Assembly: GCA_965214095.1 (NCBI GenBank)
Contig: OZ243938.1
Span: forward strand, 2,816,001 to 2,880,000
Origin: Candidatus Poribacteria bacterium
Lineage (GTDB): Bacteria > Poribacteria > WGA-4E > WGA-3G
DNA: 64,000 nt
Direction of reading: 5' to 3'
Numbering within the stretch: the first letter of the stretch is position 1; each line of letters starts with the position of its first letter. Shown here piece by piece: positions 39,105 through 48,614 of the stretch. A program made the translations under genes and the position numbers. Under the pieces are notes generated by a model. It was not told where the DNA came from. It searched no databases and saw only the letters and a list, made by a program, of their open reading frames with translations.

Positions 39105-39621
39105 CATCTAACTTTGCTGCATCTTCACGCACACCGATACGCAACACTGTTTCTCCTGGGTCATCAAACTCCCAAATGCGTTCATGTGTTCCTGCGTTTA
39201 ACCAGTGATTGATACGGTCCCAATGCCATGCGTTTCCATTTTGAACTGCCCAACGAAACTGCGTATTGTTTGTGGCTTGTGGGTCTTCGTCAGGATCAGC
39301 AGGTTGCCATGTCACCCAAAATGAATCACTGTTCCCATCCCAAGCGATGACATGTCCCCATAATGCATATTCACCATCTTCGGGAAGGTTGATGATAAAT
39401 TCTGCCCATCCTGTGCCACCACCCCCAGTTGCGGGTGCTCCGGGTCCCCAGATGTATTTGCCATCCGATGTATTTGGTTCGTCTTCAGCGATTACCATCG
39501 GTGCTTGAATGACATCTGCTAATTCTGCTTCCAAAGCAATTTCTACATCAGCAACAAGGACGGCAGTTGATAAGCATAAAATCAAAATGATTAGCATTGA
39601 AAAAATAGTAACGTATTTCAT
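38944..39621 (-). CDS. Secreted CBM-like beta-sandwich protein with C-terminal AVDAKGKVTTTWGSLK tail (paralog 1)
   Basis: Signal peptide; EAE, GEYALWGHV, DGNSDSFWV and REDAAKLDAIFVT motifs; AGGAG RBS. Confidence 0.8.
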   Translation of the reverse strand: MKYVTIFSMLIILILCLSTAVLVADVEIALEAELADVIQAPMVIAEDEPNTSDGKYIWGPGAPATGGGGTGWAEFIINLPEDGEYALWGHVIAWDGNSDSFWVTWQPADPDEDPQATNNTQFRWAVQNGNAWHWDRINHWLNAGTHERIWEFDDPGETVLRIGVREDAAKLDAIFVTSNTDAVNPVQANVRVPTDEDRELQIDGLAVDAKGKVTTTWGSLKKSYR

Positions 39622-39719
39622 CAAAAACTCCTTTTCTAATGACACATCATCTGCAGGCACACTTAGATTGCGTACTTACAGATGATGTTCTATTAACCAC
39701 AATATAGTACTATTTCAAA

Positions 39720-40367
39720 CTACCTTTGCGATTTGAGTTTTCCCCATGTTGTTGTAAGTTTTTCTTGCGGTTCAACAGGGGTTACATCTTCGGGACCAGG
39801 ATCCCGTGGATTAACTTCAGCCTGATCTGCGGAAAGGTTATCGGTAATGAAAATGACATCTAACATTGCAGCGTCTTCTCTGACAGCGATACGTAGGGTT
39901 GTTTCTCCAGCAGGAAGTTCCCATTCTCTTTCAAATGTGCCTCCGTCTAGCCAGTGGTTGATACGATCCCAATGCCAATCCTCTCCACCAGCAACAGCCC
40001 AACGGAACTCAGTGTTGTTTGTATCCTGTGGGTTTTCATCAGCATCAGCCGGTAGCCAATTTACCCAGAATGAGTCACTGTTGCCATCCCAAGCGATGAC
40101 TTTTGCCCATAAGGCATAAGTGCCTGCTTCTGGTAAAATAACAATTAATTCTAATCCGCCTTCGCCACCACCACCAGTTGCCCGTTCTCCTGGAGCCCAG
40201 ACAAATTTCCCGTCTGATGCATTTTCATCATCAGCGATAATCATCGGTTCATTTATCGTGTCAGCACTTTCTGCCTCAATTGCGCGGTCATAACTGTAAC
40301 CAATTCCTTGGGTAATCAGCAATCCGGCTATAAGTAGTATTCCTAAAATATGAATCTTGTTATACAT
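39720..40367 (-). CDS. Secreted CBM-like protein with C-terminal PVEPQEKLTTTWGKLK tail (paralog 2)
   Basis: Shares VIAWDGNSDSFWV and WHWDRINHWL with 38944-39621; AGGAG RBS. Confidence 0.8.
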   Translation of the reverse strand: MYNKIHILGILLIAGLLITQGIGYSYDRAIEAESADTINEPMIIADDENASDGKFVWAPGERATGGGGEGGLELIVILPEAGTYALWAKVIAWDGNSDSFWVNWLPADADENPQDTNNTEFRWAVAGGEDWHWDRINHWLDGGTFEREWELPAGETTLRIAVREDAAMLDVIFITDNLSADQAEVNPRDPGPEDVTPVEPQEKLTTTWGKLKSQR

Positions 40368-40411
40368 AAAAAATCTCCTTAATATTTGAAGTGATACATC
40401 ATGTCCACAAT

Positions 40412-41407
40412 CTAATGTTCATTAGGTTTCTGATGATTACTAAGGGTTTTAATTTTACCCCACTGTTGATATTGTAAAAATAACGGATTTATCGGTAATC
40501 CGGTAGAACTATGTTGCCATTTTGGTTGGGTTGCCCAACCGTCATTCTTGATGAGTTCACGACGATCACTGCCATCTGCATTCATCAAATGTATTACCCA
40601 TTTTGCATTTTGTTCTGATTGAAAGACTATCAAACTACCATCTGGCGAGAATGCGGGAAATGCTTCATCTATCTGTGTATCTGTCAGTGCTGTTTTGTTG
40701 CCACCCTCCGCATCCATAATGTAAAGATCAAAATCTGCCTGATCAACATCCTGCCGCATTGAGCAATATACAATATGTTTGCCATCAGGTGACCACGTAG
40801 CATAAGCATCCATAAAAGGCTGATGTGTCAGACGTTGCTCCTCGTGAGTTCCTATATTTATGGTATAGATGTCCCAATTTAATTCACGTTGTGAATGGAA
40901 AGCAACTTTTTTTCCATCTGGTGACCATGTTGGAATTACATCATCAAATTTGTTTTTTGTGAGATTTTTTACCACTCCACTCTTAATGTCTAAAATATAG
41001 ATATTGGAATGACCTTCACGATTTGAACTGAATGCTATAGACATCCCATTCGGTGCCCAAGAAGGTGCTTTATCTGTTGCTGGATGATGTGTTAACCTTC
41101 TCTGATCCGTGCCATCTGACCGCATCACATATATTTCGTGGTTATCATCACGGTTTGAGAAAAAAGCAATTTGCGTCCCATCCGGTGACCACGATGGATA
41201 ATAATCCGCTGCAGGATTGAACGTTAGATTTATGGGTATCTTTCCAACAGAATCTGTCAGATAGATGTCCCAGTTGCCGTCATTGTTTGAAGCAAAAGCA
41301 ATCGTTACCGGTGAGTGCGGTTCGCTGAAAGCAGGATCAATCGTCCCAATGCAAAAAAGGGATAATAGGAATATCAAACCACAAGAATATATTATCAAAA
41401 TCCGCAT
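40412..41407 (-). CDS. TolB-like (PD40) beta-propeller secreted protein with a degenerate WGKIK tail
   Basis: Repeated P.WSPDG..IAF.S.R motifs; C-terminal PINPLFLQYQQWGKIK. Confidence 0.85.
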   Translation of the reverse strand: MRILIIYSCGLIFLLSLFCIGTIDPAFSEPHSPVTIAFASNNDGNWDIYLTDSVGKIPINLTFNPAADYYPSWSPDGTQIAFFSNRDDNHEIYVMRSDGTDQRRLTHHPATDKAPSWAPNGMSIAFSSNREGHSNIYILDIKSGVVKNLTKNKFDDVIPTWSPDGKKVAFHSQRELNWDIYTINIGTHEEQRLTHQPFMDAYATWSPDGKHIVYCSMRQDVDQADFDLYIMDAEGGNKTALTDTQIDEAFPAFSPDGSLIVFQSEQNAKWVIHLMNADGSDRRELIKNDGWATQPKWQHSSTGLPINPLFLQYQQWGKIKTLSNHQKPNEH

Positions 41408-41587
41408 TTTTTGTCTATACAGTTTTTATCTATCAGAATCCTTCAATATTGACAATTCACTGTTATCAGTTGTGTTACCAATGTATACATTAGCAGACAT
41501 CCCATATAAATGCAAGATTCAAATCGGGTGTGGCAGGATTATATAGTTCTAAGTATTTTCCAAAATAGAGATGGACTGAAAGTTAAT

Positions 41588-41702
41588 CCCCAAGCCGGTA
41601 GGTGCGGTTTCCTAACCGCACCGGAACCCACAATAAAACTGACCGTGAAAGGTTTTAGCACAAATTCGGTGCGGTTAGGAAACCGCACCTACCGGCTTGG
41701 GG
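41588..41702. repeat. REPIN-like doublet with a perfect 36-bp inverted repeat
   Basis: CCCCAAGCCGGTAGGTGCGGTTTCCTAACCGCACCG (41588-41623) and its exact reverse complement (41667-41702). Confidence 0.9.
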
Positions 41703-41931
41703 CATTTAGCATTTGTGAAGGAATACATAAGAAAACCTTAAAACTAAAAAACCCTGTCTGAATATCCACACTCATTGACATATCAAATGAAAGATGATAG
41801 AATTTAGGTAGAGATTTCAATAGAATTGATAAAGTTAAAATACACCTTCCACATAAAAGTAGTTTACAATATTTCCCAGAGAACCCACTGCTGTATATGA
41901 CATACCATCTAGAAAATAGGAGAACTAACCG

Positions 41932-42090
41932 ATGAAAAACAGATGGTTTCCAATATTGATGACATTGTTGATAGCATTCCCAATTATGTCCTGTAGTCTC
42001 CAACAAGGTTCATTGGAGGATACGATATATGAACCACAGCAAAAGCGTATACACCAAGGTGTGAATGTTTCTCTGAGAAAATCGGCTTGA
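41932..42090 (+). pseudogene. 5' stub (52 aa) of the WD40 lipoprotein gene
   Basis: Near-identical to 43448-43597 including the RBS; homology breaks at 42082 and a stop follows. Confidence 0.8.
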
Positions 42091-42150
42091 TCTTTTTAGC
42101 AACACATAAATACTCTATCTACCAATTTCTATTTTGAAAGGAGAAGCATC

Positions 42151-43308
42151 ATGAAATTTCTAAACTCCTGTGTGTTTATCACTTATGTCTTTATGACATT
42201 AATGCAATTCGGTTGTTTATCTGTTGGTGTAATGAACAGCGCGGAAAAATTAGTGGAAGCAAAGGATTACTATGGCGCAATAGAAGCCTATCAGAACATT
42301 ATTGATACAAAACCTCGAACTTCAGATGCGCGTGCAGCACAACTTGCCATCGGTGAAATCTACGTCAAACATATTGATCAGCCCGAGCACGGAATAAAAG
42401 CTTATGAAGCACTCATTGCTGAAGCACCTACAAGCGATGAAGCCGCAGAGTCACACTATCGCCTCGGGATACATGCCTTTTACCAAGAAAATATTGAAAC
42501 AGCGCAAACCCAATTCAGTATTATTGTTAATCAATTTTCCCATTTGGAATTAAGCAAAAAGGCACAGCTTTTGTTGGCAAGGTGTTATGAGAAAATTCAA
42601 AAATTTGAACAAGCTATAGAAGTGTATGATAATTTTGTTCAACAGAATCCACAAAGCAAACGCACACCACAAATTCTTGCATATAAAGCGCGAATCCAAC
42701 GAAAACACCTTAAGAATGATGAAGAAGCAATACGTACACTGCAATTATTGGTGAGAAAATACTATAATACTGAGAGTGTAGGGTCATACGTTAAAGAAGC
42801 ACAGAAAGTATTAAGCGAGTTCAATGTTACTCCTTTTGGGTTTGGTCCATATCCTGAAGTTCCTGTTGATTATCCCTATCAAGAACGACTTTGGGATAAT
42901 GCAACACCGGGACATGAGTTGTTAGTCCGAGTTCGAATTAAATTATGGAAACAGGGGATACAGACGACAGGTGCTACGTACGATAGTAATGGTTTCATTT
43001 ATCCAACTATTCCTGGTGTTCTTTATGTGAAATGGGTTTATTTTGAAGATGGAGACCCAAAGTATTATGGTCGAAGGTATACAGGCAGATTAAGCGGTGA
43101 TCCAGAAACTGCTGAAGAGTGGGAATCTTTATACATAACTGACAGTTGGTATGGTGCTGACCGGACACTTGAACGTACAGACATAACACCTGATAAAGTT
43201 GAGGAATCAGGTGTTACAGTATATGTGTACCCGAATGGCACAAGAGTTTATGAATACCCGGATGGCGGAATAGATCCTTACGAATTTCTCGGTTTATCAA
43301 GACAGTAA
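42151..43308 (+). CDS. TPR lipoprotein with a C-terminal 'PFGFGPYP' domain (copy A)
   Basis: Lipobox QFGC, TPR helices, C-terminal GGIDPYEFL; AAGGAG RBS. Confidence 0.85.
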   Translation: MKFLNSCVFITYVFMTLMQFGCLSVGVMNSAEKLVEAKDYYGAIEAYQNIIDTKPRTSDARAAQLAIGEIYVKHIDQPEHGIKAYEALIAEAPTSDEAAESHYRLGIHAFYQENIETAQTQFSIIVNQFSHLELSKKAQLLLARCYEKIQKFEQAIEVYDNFVQQNPQSKRTPQILAYKARIQRKHLKNDEEAIRTLQLLVRKYYNTESVGSYVKEAQKVLSEFNVTPFGFGPYPEVPVDYPYQERLWDNATPGHELLVRVRIKLWKQGIQTTGATYDSNGFIYPTIPGVLYVKWVYFEDGDPKYYGRRYTGRLSGDPETAEEWESLYITDSWYGADRTLERTDITPDKVEESGVTVYVYPNGTRVYEYPDGGIDPYEFLGLSRQ

Positions 43309-43447
43309 GTAATAAAGAAACTTTATCGTGTTTTTTTTATCGTTCACCATCTTCTACGTTAATAGAAATATAAGAAAATCAATAGTATGCCACAAGATTT
43401 ATAAAAGAACACTGAAGTGTTTAGAGCAAACACAGGAGAACTAACCG

Positions 43448-44440
43448 ATGAAAAACAGATGGTTTCCAATATTGATGACATTGTTGATAGCATTCCCAAT
43501 TATGTCCTGTAGTGTCCAACAAGGTTCATTGGAGGATACGATATATGAACCACAGCAAAAGCGTATACACCAAGACGTGAATGTTTCCCTGAGGAAATTA
43601 CAGGCTATTATGGATGTGCAGTTTTCACCCGATGGCACACTGCTCGCGATTGCGACGGACATTGGGATTTTGCTTTACAATACGAAGACTTATGGCAATC
43701 CTGAAATACTTAAAGGGCACACTGGTAATATATGGAGTATAGCGTTTCGTCCGGATGGAAAGGTGCTTGCCAGTGCAGGACAGGACAAAACTGTCCGTTT
43801 GTGGGACGTTAACAGTAGACAACAAATAAGAACCTTCGGAATAAACCTATGCCCTAGAACTAACATTGTGTTTAGTCCAGATGGAAAGATGCTCGCGAGT
43901 GGAGGTATGAATGATGATACGGTTGCTAACGCTTATCTGTGGGATGCGGATACAGGTAAAAGTTTACGTGCATTTTCTGGACGGACGGTTTCTGGACATA
44001 GGTTAGCAGTGATCGGTGTGGCATTGAGTCCGGATGGAAAAGTGCTCGCAAGTACGTATGATGATCAAACCGTCCGTCTATGGGATGTGAACACCGGAGA
44101 ACAAATTAGATTACTTACTATCAATGCCCACTTTGAACAAAAAATAAATTCCCTCGTAGGTATTAATGGTGAAGATGTGGCGTTCAGTCCGGATGGAAAC
44201 ACTATCGCAATTACTGGACCTTCTACCATCCATCTATGGGATACAGGCACAGGACAACACCATAGAATACTCCATAACGGACAGTATCCTGGACAGTATC
44301 CTGTTGAAGTAATAACAGATATAGCGTTCAGTCCGGATGGAAGTATCGCATGTATTGGTCGACTTGAAGCGCATGTATGGGATATGGAAACGGAAACACT
44401 CATCCACTTACTGATAGATATTACTGCTAATGGTTATTGA
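43448..44440 (+). CDS. WD40-repeat lipoprotein, possibly C-terminally truncated
   Basis: Lipobox IMSC; GH...F.PDG..LAS...D.TVRLWD repeats. Confidence 0.85.
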   Translation: MKNRWFPILMTLLIAFPIMSCSVQQGSLEDTIYEPQQKRIHQDVNVSLRKLQAIMDVQFSPDGTLLAIATDIGILLYNTKTYGNPEILKGHTGNIWSIAFRPDGKVLASAGQDKTVRLWDVNSRQQIRTFGINLCPRTNIVFSPDGKMLASGGMNDDTVANAYLWDADTGKSLRAFSGRTVSGHRLAVIGVALSPDGKVLASTYDDQTVRLWDVNTGEQIRLLTINAHFEQKINSLVGINGEDVAFSPDGNTIAITGPSTIHLWDTGTGQHHRILHNGQYPGQYPVEVITDIAFSPDGSIACIGRLEAHVWDMETETLIHLLIDITANGY

Positions 44441-44497
44441 TACTACCGCTGAGTAAACGGCATACCGAAACCAGCACCGCTTCACGTCAGTTTTGAA
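44427..44497 (-). pseudogene. Diverged duplicate of the last ~24 codons of comEC
   Basis: Aligns to 45994-46065 (KTDVKRCWFRYAV versus KTDGKQCWFRYAV) with a 1-bp deletion and TAG in place of TAA. Confidence 0.75.
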
Positions 44498-44574
44498 TGA
44501 TCTCCTCGGCTTGATCTTTTTAGCAACACATAAATACTCTATCTACCAATTTCTATTTTGAAAGGAGAAGCATC

Positions 44575-45732
44575 ATGAAATTTCTAAACTCCTGTGTGTT
44601 TATCACTTATGTCTTTATGACATTAATGCAATTCGGTTGTTTATCTGTTGGTGTAATGAACAGCGCGGAAAAATTAGTGGAAGCAAAGGATTACTATGGT
44701 GCAATAGAAGCCTATCAGAACATTATTGAGACAAAACCAGGAACTTCAGATGCGCGTGCAGCACAACTTGCCATCGGTGAAATCTACGTCAAACATATTG
44801 ATCAGTCCGAACACGGAATAAAAGCTTATGAAGCACTCATTGCTGAAGCACCTACAAGCGATGAAGCCGCAGAGTCACACTATCGCCTCGGGATACATGC
44901 CTTTTACCAAGAAAATATTGAAACAGCGCAAACCCAATTCAGTATTATTGTTAATCAATTTTCCCATTTGGAATTAAGCAAAAAGGCACAGCTTTTGTTG
45001 GCAAGGTGCTATGAGAAAATGCAAAAATTTGAACAAGCTATAGAAGTTTATGATAATTTTGTTCAACAGAACCCACAAAGCAAACGCACACCACAAATTC
45101 TTGCATATAAAGCGCGAATCCAACGAAAACACCTTAAGAATGATGAAAAGGCAATACGTACACTGCAATTATTAGTTAGAAAACACATCAGAATTGAGAG
45201 CGCACAACCGTACGTTACAGAAGCTATAAAAGAATTGATTGAAGCTAAAAAAGAACTGATTGAATTCAATCATTCTCCCTTTGGATTTGGTCCATATCCT
45301 AAAGTCCCTGTTGATTATCCTTATCGGGAAGAGGTACAGACTTGGGATGATTCCACACCGCGGCATGAATTGTTAGTCCGAGTCCGTATTAAGTTATGGG
45401 AACAGGGGATACAGACGGAAGGTGCTATGTTTGATAGTAATGGTCTCATTTATGTATCTATTCCTGGTGTTCTTTACGTGAAATGGGTTTATGGTGTACC
45501 TGGAGCCCCAAAGTATTATGGTCGACAGTATGCAGGTAGAATATTCGGTAATGGTGAAACTGCTAAAGAGTGGAAATCTTCATACTTAACTGATCGTAGA
45601 TTTGTGCGTACAGACATAACACCTGAAGAAATTGATGTGTCGGGGACGAAGGTTTATGTGTACCCAAATGGCACAAAAGTTTATGAATACCCGGATGGCG
45701 GAATAGATCCTTACGAATTTCTCGGTTTATGA
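44575..45732 (+). CDS. TPR lipoprotein with a C-terminal 'PFGFGPYP' domain (copy B)
   Basis: First 203 aa differ from copy A at 5 positions; the C-terminal part is divergent. Confidence 0.85.
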   Translation: MKFLNSCVFITYVFMTLMQFGCLSVGVMNSAEKLVEAKDYYGAIEAYQNIIETKPGTSDARAAQLAIGEIYVKHIDQSEHGIKAYEALIAEAPTSDEAAESHYRLGIHAFYQENIETAQTQFSIIVNQFSHLELSKKAQLLLARCYEKMQKFEQAIEVYDNFVQQNPQSKRTPQILAYKARIQRKHLKNDEKAIRTLQLLVRKHIRIESAQPYVTEAIKELIEAKKELIEFNHSPFGFGPYPKVPVDYPYREEVQTWDDSTPRHELLVRVRIKLWEQGIQTEGAMFDSNGLIYVSIPGVLYVKWVYGVPGAPKYYGRQYAGRIFGNGETAKEWKSSYLTDRRFVRTDITPEEIDVSGTKVYVYPNGTKVYEYPDGGIDPYEFLGL

Positions 45733-45796
45733 AGATAATAAGTAATTAAAGAAACTGTATCGTGTTTTTACTTTTATCGTTCACCATCTTCCGTCG

Positions 45797-45985
45797 GATG
45801 CGGACATGAACCATCACCACAGAAGCCTCTGGCACGGAAAGTATCCAGATCAGTATCCCATTATAGCAACAGATGTAGCGTTCAGTCCGGATGGAAAAAC
45901 TATCGCATGTGTTGGTTTCCGTGAAGCACATGTATGGGATATGGAAACGGAAACACTCATCCATTTACTGATAGATACACATTGA
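45797..45985 (+). pseudogene. 3' remnant of the WD40 gene
   Basis: Matches ~44240-44420 (DVAFSPDGKTIAC..EAHVWDMETETLIHLLID) with no 5' part. Confidence 0.7.
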
Positions 45986-45993
45986 TATTACTG

Positions 45994-48453
45994 TTAATGG
46001 TTATTGATACTACCACTGGGTAAAACGGCATACCGAAACCAACACTGCTTCCCATCAGTTTTGAGTATAATCGCTCCGAGTCGATCTGTTCTTAGCTGCA
46101 CACAATTCCGTTCTTGATATCGTGCTACTACCTCTGCATGCGGTAATTGATAGCGGTTGTCTTTACCAAGCGAGAAAATAGCGTATCTCGGTTGCACCCT
46201 ATCCAAAAACCGCGCACTGCTGGAGCTGCGGCTACCATGATGCGGCACCTTCAGCACCTCTGACTGTAAATCTTGCTGAGACCTTATCAAACGCGTTTCA
46301 GCATTCATTTCAATGTCTCCTGTAAATAGAATATCCACCTCACCGTAGCTAAGTTTCAGAACGAGTGAGTCATCGTTCTTGTTCTCGTCCAGCAGATTGG
46401 TGGACGTTTCATCTATTGGGTGTAGGAGATTTAATTTTACATCCGCAGTCAATTCAATTTCACTTTTATATCGGAAAGAATAAGGAATATCACGCACCTT
46501 TGCTATGGTGCGTAGTCGCTGATGCGTTTGCGAATCAAGTGTCATGTCTGATATACCGAGAATATGTTTCACCCTATAGTTTTGTAGGATATGTCCAAGT
46601 CCGCCACCGTGGTCAAGGTCTGGATGTGTCAGCACCACTAAATCAAGTTGCTGAATACTGTTTGCATCAAGATAAGGTTCAATTATCTGTTCACCGACAT
46701 CATAATCAACTTGTCTTTGTTTCTTTTCATCAAAATAGGCGTGTTGAATTCCGCCATCAATCAATATTGTTCGTCTGTCTGGTAGTCTGACGACAGCAGC
46801 GTCCCCTTGACCGACATCAAGCGTAATCACTTCTAACAGACGACCTTTTTGATGGAGCGCACTGTCCCAAACCCAGATTGCGATGACTGAGAGTGTAATG
46901 AGACTTGCTATTCTCCAATGTTCATAAGCCTTTCGCCAATGTGTGACACCTAAAATTATGGCTATGTAGACAATGATGACACCTACTATCGGTGCTAACT
47001 TCATGATACCCCATTTTTGTCCAAAAATGCCGATGAGATCTAAAAAGATGAAGATGATTGCGTGGTTGACCATTGCCAAAAGTTTAGCAAGCGGCAGCCA
47101 GATAAATCCTATACATACCGATACCATGCCAACACAAACGATTAACGAAACAAGACCGACAGCGAAGGGACCGACGATTAGACCGAGTGGATATGCTCTG
47201 TAAAAATGATATGCGATGAGTGGTCCCGTGCCGAGTTGTGCTGCGAATGTTACAAGATAGGACAGTATCAACCATTTCACCGCTCTGTTTTTATATCTCA
47301 CGAAAGCGGGAATATCAATAGATTCAGGTTGTTCCCACAACTTCCGCAAAGGTTGTTCCATTTTCGGCACAAGATAGACGATAGAAGCCACTGCAACGAA
47401 GGACAACTGAAAGCCGACATCCCACACTTGAGTCGGGTTTATCAGTAGTAAAACTGATGCTGCAACTGCGAGTAGGTTATAAATATCGGCATCACGATCA
47501 ATGATAGATGCAAATAGGAATAGGATAGCCATGAGCGAGGCACGGAAAACAGATGGACGGAAACCGACTAAACACGCGTAAATGACAACTGCCAAAATCG
47601 TCAGCAAGGATACTATTTTCTTTGGCATACGAAATATTGATAGACCGAAATAACAAAAGAACGCCACGAGTCCGACATGCAAACCTGACACTGCCAACAC
47701 GTGAAAAGTGCCACTATTACGGAAGATGTCCAATGTCTCTGTTGGCACATCTCCCCGTTTTCCAAGTAGAACCCCTTTTAGCAATTCTGCGTTTAATTTT
47801 GTTGGATGGCTTCCTAACCCAGAATAAGCACTATCAATCACCCGTTCAGTTTTCAGTCGTAATGCTTCAATCCAACGTAGTGGTAAAACACCTGATTGCT
47901 CACCTATCTGTAGCAGACCTTTATGATTTATGATACCAGATACCTTTTGTCGATTAAGATATGCGCGATAGTCGAACCCACCCGGATTTCTCTGTGACTG
48001 CGGTTGACGTAACATACCTGTTAGTGTTAGGTGTTTCCCGTATCGTAGTGGCTGTGAATCCTGAAATCGTATCAACAACTTTGCCGACACTTTCTGCGTT
48101 GGATTGGATAGGAGTTGAGCTTGTCCTACGGCATAGCATGCGTCCCATGCCTCACCGCGTTCTGGTTGGTATACTGTCTTACCTGTGAAGCTAACAGGTT
48201 GGTCATAAAAATGTTGAGGAATTGTTGGGACGGTAGCAATTTCTAATCGCAGCATCCCACCTGCAAAGACTGCGACGTGAAGCAACACATAACAAATATA
48301 TTTTGAACGAGGTCTCATCAGGATGCTACCGATGAAGCATAGTAACACGAATACCCATATCCACAGGATTGGGATTGATATGTATTCACCTGCTATGATG
48401 CCAAAAAGGAACGGTATAAGAAAGAATAGAGCAGGACGTGGTTTGAGTTTCAT
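45994..48453 (-). CDS. comEC: DNA uptake protein ComEC/Rec2
   Basis: RNPGGFDY, HVLAVSGLHVG, GFQLSF, LDVGQGDA, THPDLDHGGG and KVPHHGS motifs. Confidence 0.95.
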   Translation of the reverse strand: MKLKPRPALFFLIPFLFGIIAGEYISIPILWIWVFVLLCFIGSILMRPRSKYICYVLLHVAVFAGGMLRLEIATVPTIPQHFYDQPVSFTGKTVYQPERGEAWDACYAVGQAQLLSNPTQKVSAKLLIRFQDSQPLRYGKHLTLTGMLRQPQSQRNPGGFDYRAYLNRQKVSGIINHKGLLQIGEQSGVLPLRWIEALRLKTERVIDSAYSGLGSHPTKLNAELLKGVLLGKRGDVPTETLDIFRNSGTFHVLAVSGLHVGLVAFFCYFGLSIFRMPKKIVSLLTILAVVIYACLVGFRPSVFRASLMAILFLFASIIDRDADIYNLLAVAASVLLLINPTQVWDVGFQLSFVAVASIVYLVPKMEQPLRKLWEQPESIDIPAFVRYKNRAVKWLILSYLVTFAAQLGTGPLIAYHFYRAYPLGLIVGPFAVGLVSLIVCVGMVSVCIGFIWLPLAKLLAMVNHAIIFIFLDLIGIFGQKWGIMKLAPIVGVIIVYIAIILGVTHWRKAYEHWRIASLITLSVIAIWVWDSALHQKGRLLEVITLDVGQGDAAVVRLPDRRTILIDGGIQHAYFDEKKQRQVDYDVGEQIIEPYLDANSIQQLDLVVLTHPDLDHGGGLGHILQNYRVKHILGISDMTLDSQTHQRLRTIAKVRDIPYSFRYKSEIELTADVKLNLLHPIDETSTNLLDENKNDDSLVLKLSYGEVDILFTGDIEMNAETRLIRSQQDLQSEVLKVPHHGSRSSSSARFLDRVQPRYAIFSLGKDNRYQLPHAEVVARYQERNCVQLRTDRLGAIILKTDGKQCWFRYAVLPSGSINNH

Positions 48454-48614
48454 TTTTGCTGTAATGTATTTGGTTGGGTATGCTATCTATTATATTGTGT
48501 GCGATGAAAAAATACAACGTTTATGTCTGGGTAAACATCTTGAATATTATCGTTATGCATGTTATATTGTAGTCATACGTAAACTGACAGATTTTGTAGA
48601 CAAAGGACCCTAAT

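Noticed and set aside
42151-45732. Diversity-generating retroelement (template/variable repeat pair)
   Set aside because: Differences between the copies include indels and non-adenine changes, both copies are full genes, and no reverse transcriptase is in the window.
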